The translations under genes were made by a program, and so were the position numbers. A stretch of DNA of 64,000 nucleotides from Blepharisma stoltei ATCC 30299 (Eukaryota; Protista; Ciliophora), in the NCBI GenBank assembly GCA_965603825.1, contig CBFDEM010000010.1, positions 1 to 64,000 on the forward strand, read 5' to 3'. A model generated the notes under the pieces. It made no database searches. It saw only the letters and a list, made by a program, of their open reading frames with translations, and was not told the DNA's origin. Of the stretch, positions 47,143 through 56,800 are shown one piece after another. Each line of letters starts with the position of its first letter. Positions within the stretch are counted from its first letter, which is position 1.

Positions 47143-48210
47143 ATGAATGAGCAGAAGTGAAATGAAAGGTTTGAAGAAATGATGCAAAAAAAGCGCAAAA
47201 CACAAGAAAAGCTAAAAATGCTTCAAGCTCAAAAACTTCTAGATGAAATGAAAGAGGTCACTGGCGTCCCCAAAATCAACGAAGTAAGCAGAAAAGTTGC
47301 AAATGAGCTTGCAAAAATTGAAGCTGAAAAAGCAGCAAATTCAGAATCCAATAACTATAAAGAAGCAACCCCTATTTCAAACGCTTCTAAAGGTGACAAT
47401 CAAGCTCAACCAAACAAATCATTCTCTAGAAGTGCTGCAAAATACCTCAAAAACGACGACCTTGAATCAAAGCGGCTTCCTCCACCAACCGAAATTGTAT
47501 TTCCTCCTAAAAAATCTGACACTTTGCCTAGCAAAGAGTTCAAAGACCTTCAAGAAACTTATATAAGAGCTCAAACCCTTCATTGCCAGCAGCAGAACTC
47601 TCAAGCTCTTTCACCAAGATGCCATATAGACTTGCAGTCTGGACAAGCATCTGAGCAATATATAAATTTAAGGGCTCCAAAGAATGGAAAAGTGAGCAAC
47701 ACAATGGGAGTGAGCCAAGCAGAAACACTGAGAAGGGATTTTCTTCAGACTGAAGAGAATAGTAAAGAGAAGCTTGATACGTATATGAAAAATATTAAAT
47801 GGGTACAAAAGAGAGAAGAAAAACTTAAAGAGCAGAGATGGGATAGACAAGTGTCAGAAATCACGCCTTGCACGTTTAAGCCTGCTCTTACTAAATCTCA
47901 AAGCTTAAGAAACAGCTTTTCAGGACCTCATGAGGATAAAGACAATAACTACCTTGATATGCATTATAGAAGAAAGAATCTGCAAGAGAGCTTAGAGAAA
48001 CAAGAAGTAAAGCTAAAAAAAGCAGAAAGTGTAAGAAGCGCTGAGGCTGATTCTGTTGAAGAATCTCAAGTTCAAAGTTTGAAGGACAAGCCTTTTACTT
48101 ATTCAGCACTAGCTCCTATGGGATCTAGAGTCAAGTATAAAGAAGGGTTCAATGTTAAGAAATTTACGAATACTGCCAAGCCTATGGTCAGTTATAAACG
48201 ACTAGAATAA
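47143..48210 (+). CDS. Hypothetical coiled-coil protein, 355 aa (PKIN and CTFKP motifs)
   Basis: Start extended to ATG 47143 via TGA (MNEQKWNERFEEM). Confidence 0.78.
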
Positions 48211-48541
48211 ATAAATTAAAGTAGTTAATTAGAAAGTTGTTGTACTATAACTTTATTTTAAAATAATTTTCTTATTCGATTAAGCTTTTTGATTTTGTTT
48301 ATAATAAAATATAAACTCACAATTATAAACGGAAAATTGATTCCCTGAGCTTATATTAGCTGTTTTATGCTAATTAAGGAAAATACACTTACAGAGTTTT
48401 ACATTTATAAACTCAGTTTCTTTATAAAGTAATGAAACTTTCAGCAAGGGTTTTAATTATGCTAATTAAAATAGCCTAATAGCTCAAGTTTAATTTTAAT
48501 GGCCAATTGATATAAGCTGTTTTAGTATTTAGCAGGTAAAA

Positions 48542-49885
48542 ATGGCAGCTTGGTATTCTAATCTCTCAATTAGTGAACTAAAAGACACAGTCCTACATGG
48601 AAACATCAAAAACCGTTTTATTCTCTGAAAAATCTTTCTTGGCATTCTCCAAGGCCCATATGAAGATTGGCTTTCCACAAATTCAAAACTCCGTGAAGAC
48701 TACAACCACATGAAATCAGCCCTTACCCCTTCTATCAACCTCAAGCAAGCAGGCACCTTAAATAACCCCCTTTCCACAAACTCAGATGTATTTTATAATT
48801 AGAGTCCTTGATTTACACATTTTAAATACCAAGAAGAAAGAAGAGTGATAAGAATTGACGTGGATAGGACATTTCAAAAATATCAGATATTCCAGGATGA
48901 GCAGAATAAAAATATTTTGGAAAATATCTTATTTGTATGAAGCATGACACATTCTATAGGGTACAACCAAGGACTCAACGAAATTTGTGCAGTCATCATG
49001 TACGCTCTTTTAAATGAGCCAGAAAGTGAAGATGGATTAGCAAGCTGAGAATATATAGAAGCTGATTGCTATTGGATTTTTAGTAAAATAATGGAACTTA
49101 ATATAGAAGAGTTGTTTGTCCATGAGATTGAACAATCGAAAATAGGAAATACGTTAGATGACGTCGCATGTTATGATAGATCGATATTAAGAGAAACCCC
49201 AGAAATGGTGAGAAGAAGCCACTATATTTTTCATAGAATTTTAAGTGTAACAGACCAAGAACTGTATTTACATATCCAAAAAAGCAAATACGATCCTCAG
49301 CTTTTTTTCGTCAGGTGGCTTAGATGCCTAATAAGCCGCGAATTTACATTAAACCAAACTCTCTTGATTTGGGACGCAATGCTAGCCTGCCACAGCATAA
49401 ACAATAAGGAGCTCGAACTTTTAAACTATATTTGTGCAGCAATGCTCTCCGCAGATCGTGAAAACTGTAAGACATAAATAGTGCTTCATACACCTTGTGG
49501 AGATTTGCTGCAACTATTAATGAATCCGTTGACTATAAATGATATCCCGTTTGTGATAAATTCTGCTGTTATGTTTTATGAAGAACAAATAGACAAGAAG
49601 AAGACAGTTCTTATGAGGACTGATGGGGGAGAAGGAACCTTAACTTCTTCACTGAAAATGCTCTATAAAATGGTTTCAAATAAAGCTGAGCATTTAAAAA
49701 AGAAAACGAAAAATAAAAAGCAAAAGGGAGCAACGCTTGAGTCAATGCTCTTGTATGTAAGCCAATCTAAACTTATGATCGAAGAACAACTGCAAGCGTA
49801 AGAATAATGTAGAAAAAGCTTAGATAAAGACAAAACAAAGAAAACGATAAAAAAACTGAAATATTTGCTTGATTACCCGAAATAA
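48542..49885 (+). CDS. TBC-domain Rab GTPase-activating protein (TBC1D5-like), ~432 aa, 3 introns
   Basis: R..W(TGA)KIFLGIL, NNPLS, IDVDRT (Arg finger), GYNQGLNEI (Gln finger), EADCYWIF, RWLRCLISREF..IWD. Confidence 0.9.
48788..48802 (+). other. 15-nt intron GTATTTTATAATTAG
   Basis: Removes in-frame TAG. Confidence 0.88.
49467..49481 (+). other. 15-nt intron GTAAGACATAAATAG
   Basis: Removes in-frame TAA. Confidence 0.85.
49798..49812 (+). other. 15-nt intron GTAAGAATAATGTAG
   Basis: Fits the consensus; removes TAA and extends the CDS to TAA at 49883. Confidence 0.7.
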
Positions 49886-49922
49886 ATAATTAAATTATAA
49901 GTTGCTTACTCCTTATAAAAAA

Positions 49923-52094
49923 TTAAAGCGCAAACTTATAGCGATAATGCAAATAATGCAGCTTCGACGCTGCTTCAACAGCTACAGAGCTTGCGTACAC
50001 ACTTTCCCGAATCACTGATTTCTGCCATATATGTGCAGGTACCAGAGGTCTAACTTTTTCAATAAGAGCAGCTAAATGTTCAATAAAGTTTTTTCCTGAA
50101 ATAACCACAACTGCAGGTCCAAATACAGACAGCAGCGTAGAAATAGCAGCTATTGGATCTTGAATATTCAATCTTGATACATCACCTAAGCATTCTCCAT
50201 CTTCTGACAATAAAATTCTTCCTTTATGAACAACACAACTTCTAAGACCGTCATCATTAACCACTGAAATCAGTGTGTGTGAATGCAAACTTTGTTCGCT
50301 GAATAAGGCAACTGCGTCTACATCTCTCGCAACTGCAACAGCACCTAAGGTATCTAGTCCTTCTCTTTTTTTGGCTGATTTTTCAACAATTCCGATTTTT
50401 TTGATCGGGTAGAGTTCAGGGGAGTTTTTGGTAACTTTTTCAATAAATTGTGAAATAAGACTGTGAAGGTCTGTGTCTTCGCTGAAAAGAGATTCTTCTC
50501 TTATGTTGTGGGAAAGCATTAATATTTGGTTTTGGGAGATGTGGACTCCGATTTCTAAGACTTCTATTGAAGGGGTTGAGTAGCAGAGGTCTCCCATTTT
50601 GTCTGGATGTGTGATTGTGATAAGTTGTTGGATTTCTTTGTGGTCTTGTACATTATTTTTTGTGATTGTGGTTGGCTTTATTAAAGATACTTTGAATCTT
50701 AAATGCTTGCTTCTAAACCAAGAATATTCATTATTCCATATAAATCTGTATAGTCCAGGAGAATGAAGCAGCCTGACCCCTAAGCAAGGAGCTTGATCGC
50801 AGCTAACTTTTTCCTCTTCTATAATAATCTGAGGCTGAGGGAGATCTACCCTTGATAATGAATAAGAAATATCATAATACTCAGTTGCAAAACCCCACAC
50901 CAAAATAGAGTTTGGCTCCTGCACCTCAATCACCCTTTGAACTTTTTCCCCACTTGGAATCTGTACACTCAGCGGAAACCCAATATGTGCTTGAATGTGG
51001 TCTATATCCACTGATTCTTCTGCTTCAAAAACTCCTTCTATTGATTTTTCATCATATTTATCATGCTTAAATAAATTTTCAATTTCTACTTCTGTTTCTA
51101 ATCTTCCTTTAAATTCACCATCCACATCAGTAGAATGCAGAATCACATATAAAAACTTTGCAGAATTCCCTTTGATCGTTTCATCCACTGATGATGAAGA
51201 TTTTTTAAAGTGCTCTATAAGAAGATCATACATAGACGGTCTATGCTTTGGGTAATTTTCCCATAATCTTCTTATAAGGACCCCTAAAGTGAGATTTTGG
51301 CCTTTATCAAAAGATTGAAGCATCTGTACAAATTTAAGGGAAGTGTAAAATATGTCGTCGTGAATATATAGAAGACGAGTATCAGAACATTTATAGATGT
51401 GATTATATGATGATCCGTCTTCAAAACCTCCAAGTTTTACATTGTAATGGACTCTGAAAATAAAGTTTTCGAGAAGCCGTGAAAATTTTTTGAGCATTTC
51501 TTCATTAGCATTTAAAGCTAAAGCATCGAGAACAGGCTCAAGTTGAGTGCCATAGCATAAAAATTGTTCTTTAAGTGTAGGAATAGAGCTAAACATATCC
51601 ATTAGCCTATTAATTGCGAAAATATTTTTATCCTGTATATCTTGAATTACAGGCTTTAACGCTTCTTCATAATTAACTGCTGTTTTTTTATCAAGCAGCT
51701 GCTGGACTATTTCAAGTTGCTCTTTTTCTAATCCTCCATGTTGAATTAAATGAACTAAAATTTCTTTAACCCCAGCCTCTAGTTCTTCAGCGATTTCTGT
51801 GCCTTTTAAGTTCTCACAAAGCAAAAAAATATCATTTGAGAGATCTAATAACAAGTGAGGGTCATTTCTGGGCGCCAAGCTACAAATTTTATTGTAAAGT
51901 TTAGCGGCGAATCTGACAATCTGGAAATCAAAGTGAAGCACTATCTTTTTCAGGCACGCAATTACTTTTAAGTCTATTGAGCCTAGCGAAGAATCTAATA
52001 AGGCTTCTGCTTCTCGAAGATGCCCGATAGCCTCTGTTATTGTCTTAGATTTCAGAGCATGATTGAACGTGTCAAAAATGGGGTTTTCTGACAT
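49923..52094 (-). CDS. Helical-repeat + GOLD domain + probable degenerate ROK-family domain protein, 723 aa
   Basis: GOLD: ILVWGFATEYYDISYSL..PGLYRFIWNNEYSWFRSKHLRFKV; C-terminal ROK-like motifs (see findings). Confidence 0.85.
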   Translation of the reverse strand: MSENPIFDTFNHALKSKTITEAIGHLREAEALLDSSLGSIDLKVIACLKKIVLHFDFQIVRFAAKLYNKICSLAPRNDPHLLLDLSNDIFLLCENLKGTEIAEELEAGVKEILVHLIQHGGLEKEQLEIVQQLLDKKTAVNYEEALKPVIQDIQDKNIFAINRLMDMFSSIPTLKEQFLCYGTQLEPVLDALALNANEEMLKKFSRLLENFIFRVHYNVKLGGFEDGSSYNHIYKCSDTRLLYIHDDIFYTSLKFVQMLQSFDKGQNLTLGVLIRRLWENYPKHRPSMYDLLIEHFKKSSSSVDETIKGNSAKFLYVILHSTDVDGEFKGRLETEVEIENLFKHDKYDEKSIEGVFEAEESVDIDHIQAHIGFPLSVQIPSGEKVQRVIEVQEPNSILVWGFATEYYDISYSLSRVDLPQPQIIIEEEKVSCDQAPCLGVRLLHSPGLYRFIWNNEYSWFRSKHLRFKVSLIKPTTITKNNVQDHKEIQQLITITHPDKMGDLCYSTPSIEVLEIGVHISQNQILMLSHNIREESLFSEDTDLHSLISQFIEKVTKNSPELYPIKKIGIVEKSAKKREGLDTLGAVAVARDVDAVALFSEQSLHSHTLISVVNDDGLRSCVVHKGRILLSEDGECLGDVSRLNIQDPIAAISTLLSVFGPAVVVISGKNFIEHLAALIEKVRPLVPAHIWQKSVIRESVYASSVAVEAASKLHYLHYRYKFAL

Positions 52095-52278
52095 ATTTTT
52101 ACTATTTATAATGAATTATTTATGATTTTAAAGCTGTTTAGCATTACTTATCCTTTAAATAGCAAAAATCTTTAGCCTTGAACTCTGGTTTTGTTAAATT
52201 TGCCTAACACTGACTATTTTATATGAGCAGATTTAATAGTCACATATGACTAATTTTATATTAGTCTACGATTAAAGT

Positions 52279-53571
52279 TTATTTGAATATGTCATTCTTA
52301 TCAAAATCATACATACTTCCAAACCCGCCTACACTGAAATCTTGGAAGGCATCCATGCCATTCCCAAACATATTCCACGCAGGCTGAACCGGCTGATTAT
52401 ATGGATTTTGGAACATCTGCTGAGACTGCACTTCGTTATTCGTGGGCATCGGCAGTTCTTCTTCGTCTTCACTGCTGCTTGATGATGAGCTTTCAGAGCT
52501 GGACTCTCCAGCAGGAGCAGCTGGTTGTGGAGGAAGATTGTCAGGCTTTTTGTTCTGTGAAAGCTGTTCTAATTGTTGATCTAAGTCTTTAAGCCTTGAT
52601 GACGTCATTTCTTGAATTGACTTCATGCCATCAATATTAATAGGCTTGGTCTTCTTTTTGGACTGGGCCCTGCCTGCATTTGTCAAACACTGCTTCACAT
52701 ATTTTTCCAGCTCTCTACACACGTTAGAAGGCAATTTGTCGATGTCAAACTCCAGCTCTTCTCCTTGGACGTTCATGCATTCTTGAACAATATCTAAAAC
52801 TCCTTTCAAATATTTCGGGTCAAGTTTTTTTATATTTGTGCACAGATTTTTTTTCTCATGCAAAGTCATCGGTTTTTCTATTTGTGGCTTGGCTGGCATT
52901 TTTACAACTGCTGCAGATGACGTGGACGCTGCTTGAGGATTTGCTTTGTTAGCCTGGATTTCTCGCATTCCTTTGGACAGCTTTTCGATTTTTTGATACA
53001 AGTCTTGCATGACGTCTTGCTTGTCAGCGAGCATCAGATTTTCGTTTCCTTTCATGAGGCTTTCAAAATGGGAGCTGAGCTCCATTGTCATGGCGTAGAG
53101 GTCGGAGTTTTTTGCGTTATATTGGAAAGAATTGCTCCAAATCAAGCGCATGTCCATTGCAAATTGATAGCCGTTCTCATATTCGCCAGCCCGGAGCTTT
53201 TTTTCAACAGTACTTAAATCCATGGGCTCTTTGATTACTGAGTGATAATCAGGGACAAGCTTGGGGTTTACTGGCTCTAGAAAAGGCTCAGAAAAGTCAT
53301 GTCTCTTAATAGATTGGAGTATTTTATATATTTTCTTGAAAGATTCACTTTGTTTGGGCATTGTGTCAAAACTGTCATTTGATACTTGGCGCTTTACCCT
53401 AGTTGGACGCAATTCCTTTTCCCTAGGAATATAAATATTATTAAAATCTAAGTTTTCAAGCTCTGATTTTCTATGCTTATTTTTCGACTCTTTTTTGACT
53501 AGAGGGTTAATTTTGAAGCCAGCTGGTAGTTTGGCATTTATTGCCGAAAGTTGAGAGCTTGTCAACTCCAT
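52279..53571 (-). CDS. Bromodomain + ET domain protein (BET/GTE-like), 430 aa
   Basis: PFLEPVNP..PDYHSVIKEPMDLSTV..LIWSNSFQYN; ET domain PMTLHEKKNL..ELEFDIDKLP; Ser/Glu tract. Confidence 0.92.
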   Translation of the reverse strand: MELTSSQLSAINAKLPAGFKINPLVKKESKNKHRKSELENLDFNNIYIPREKELRPTRVKRQVSNDSFDTMPKQSESFKKIYKILQSIKRHDFSEPFLEPVNPKLVPDYHSVIKEPMDLSTVEKKLRAGEYENGYQFAMDMRLIWSNSFQYNAKNSDLYAMTMELSSHFESLMKGNENLMLADKQDVMQDLYQKIEKLSKGMREIQANKANPQAASTSSAAVVKMPAKPQIEKPMTLHEKKNLCTNIKKLDPKYLKGVLDIVQECMNVQGEELEFDIDKLPSNVCRELEKYVKQCLTNAGRAQSKKKTKPINIDGMKSIQEMTSSRLKDLDQQLEQLSQNKKPDNLPPQPAAPAGESSSESSSSSSSEDEEELPMPTNNEVQSQQMFQNPYNQPVQPAWNMFGNGMDAFQDFSVGGFGSMYDFDKNDIFK

Positions 53572-53862
53572 ATTATAATGGCCTCATATTTTTGATTTTA
53601 TAGCTTGGGGTTATCTGCGACCGAATATATTAATTTTGATTAATTCATAATAACTCTTTCTATATACATATATTCTAGATAAGATCAGATTAAATAGCTA
53701 AGACATTTCCATTTTAACAGCCAGCATGACAAATAACTCAAAACTCCCATCCCTTTTATAAATCTAAGCTAAATCTTTTCCTCCTTCTCCTATCCTTTTC
53801 ATCATGCAAAATTTTCCCTTTTATCCCAATTCTTATCCTTCTTTGAATTCCCATATATAAAA

Positions 53863-56800
53863 ATGAGTCTTGAGCTCCAGTCTTGCTTATCCTGCAACTG
53901 CGGCCCAGTGAGCACAGTCGATAAGGAGATCATCGCCTACATGGCTGCCAACAGTGTGGTATTATGGAACATCTCTTCCAACAGAAAGGATTTCATATGG
54001 CATGAGTCTCTCGGAATCACAACATGCGCGGCAAGTTCCCGAGCCAACCAAATCGCTGTAGGAGAAGAAGGCGCCAACCCTTGCGTCGCAATCTACTCAT
54101 GGCCTTACAAAAGTCTACTTAGAAAAATCCATGCAGGTGCGGCAGTTATGTACACCGCACTTGCGTTTAATAAAACTGGAGACCAGCTAATAACAGTTGC
54201 TGACTATCCTGACTACACTTTAAAGGTCTGGGAAGGCGACAGAGAGCTGGTAAGCCTTGATTTAGGAAGAGAACCTCTCAAAATTATGGCCCATTACTCA
54301 ATATTGATCCTTCTTAAGCATGAAGTAAAAATTCTGACAATTCATAACTCCTATGAGCTGCCTTCAGGGATAGAAGAAGATTTATTTGAAAGAAACCGAT
54401 ATACACTTAAGACGTACTCACTAGCTGAAATTGTGCCACTAGACGCCACTTGGGATAAGTACGGGAATATTTATTTGTCAACTAATGCAGGAGAACTTTT
54501 GGTGATAAAGCCAAATTTAAAGGAGACTTTGGCTATTGTGAGGTATGATTTTAATATTTTATCAATGGTGCTCACCCATAGATATCTTGTGATTGCTACT
54601 TCAGAAAATAAAATACAGTGGCTGAACATTTATATACCAAAAGAAGAAAACGATCCAAGACTAGGGAAAAATTTAAATTTGAAGCCGCATAAGGAGTTGC
54701 CATTGGAAGACCCTCAGGATATCATTCAGTTATTATATACAGGAGATATGTCAAAACTAGTCATGATTGGCGCACAAGGGAAAATACAAGTTCTGCATCA
54801 GCCAGCTGAGCCAGGATTCGAAGTAGAAGATGAAGAAGAAGACAAAGAAGAGGAAGACGATCTAGGAGAAGAAGATGAAGATGAAGAAGCTGTCAGGAAA
54901 CCTAAACTGATCAATGCAACTCCACAGGTTTTGGGGCAATTTCATATAGGCTGCGTTAAATCAGTTGTAGGATTAGGGGATTCAACACAGTGTGCAACGA
55001 TTGCGGAAGATTTCAGAATATGGGAAGTCGTGACTGGAGAAAATTTAATGCAGTATTCTAGTCCTGGGGATTCTGAATATACTTCAATTGATGCAAATTT
55101 AGCTGGAAATCTAGTTGCAATAGGCAGCAGCTTAGGCGCTATAAGGATTTTTGATGTTTTCAGCAGAATGGTGCCAAGGCTGCTTATTTTCCACAGGCTT
55201 ATTAATTCTCCTATTACTTGGGTACAATTTAGTCCAAGCCAAAGACTGATTGCATGCTCATCCAATAAAAGCAATCAAATCTATTTCATCGAGGCGAGCA
55301 TTAATTCCTTATTCCGCGTCATTGGCTTCATTGAGCTAACCAGCAACATCAAAACTTTGACTTGGTACAAAAAATCCATAATCGCTCTATTAGAAAACCA
55401 GCTTTTAGTGCAATTTGACGAGCCTCGTGCAGACACCCCTTCATCTCTTACTCCAATAGAGGCTACTTTTAAATATCGGCACGTAGCAGACGGTCTTAGC
55501 ATAGGTGTCAACAACAATATGGTCCATCTAGCAGGCTCAAGCAAAGATATTTTAATATATCAGCTTCCTGAGCAGAACCTCAATGACATTGATTTACGAA
55601 AACTCCCGCCTGATCCTAATGAAATTTATCCAGTCCAACAGATCCAGGCTACAGTTTTATCATTTTCGCCTGATCAAAGATTTCTGGCTGCTGGCTGTGC
55701 AGATGGTCTTATACAAATAGGTGACCTTTCTACTAGTGATAATGATTTTAGATCAGTCCATGGCCCTTCTGGTGTCCAATGTTTAAGCTTTTCTGTAGAT
55801 TCTTCATTATTGTTCAGCACTGGAAGTGAAAGAGATTTCTTTGTGTGGAGCATTACAGGAAGAGTTATAGACCGTCCTGTAGCTAGTACAATGGTGGAAG
55901 ACCCACAAATAGACGCTCTTGATAATGTCGACGACAAAGCTGACGCTGAAATCCAATTTTTTAGCGAGATTTTGACAGAAGCGAAAAATAAAGCAGAAAC
56001 TAAAGAAGTGGAGAAAGTTAAGTCAAAATTAAAAGCAAGGGTTCAAGAAATACAGGATAAACTGCAAGCAATGCTGAGCGTTAATGAAAAATGCCCAGAG
56101 CTGGAAAGATTGGATAGAGATGAATTCGTACTTGATTTGGCAGGAAAACAAAAAATTGAAGAAGAGGGCAAAAAAGCGGCTCAGGTTTTGAGGGAACAAG
56201 CCAAAAAAGAGAATTTAGCCCAAGAGTTACTTAAAGAAAGAATTAAAATGAAGACTATAGACAGCATGGAAGTAAACTCCAGGGTGATTTCAAGTATGCA
56301 AAGAGACCAAATTGTGTATAACTATACAATCAGAAAACTCGCCTTATCTGAACAATCATTGTTCAGGAAAATCAAATGCTATCGCATGATTGAGCTGCGT
56401 GAAGCCACATTAAGAAAAGAAAAAGGGCTCGATGAGATCATTGAATATGAAAATTTCGCAGTAGATTGGATTATTGGAAAAAAGCCAGAAGATTGGAAAA
56501 ATCATCCACTGCTTCAAGCATTAGAAAAGAAAAGAGCTTCATCAAGAAAAGAAGGAGACCCTGAGCAGACAAATGAATGGGAATTACTATATCCTGCACC
56601 TTTAATCTACACTCCTGCCCGCAAAAGGACTCAAATATATCTCCTCTACATGCTATGCAGAGCTCTCAAAGAAGGGTTTAACGTCGAATTCGAAAAACTT
56701 ATCCAATTCAAAGAAAAACAAGTCGACTTAATTGAAGAAAAAAATCAGTTGATCCAAGAAAAACAAAAAGAACTCAACGTGGCCACAAATGTTTTTGTCC

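Noticed and set aside
52203-52242. Internal CCTAACAC octamer and an 8-bp hairpin (TGACTATT...AATAGTCA)
   Set aside because: A single telomere-like unit and a short AT-rich stem are expected by chance in 64 kb.
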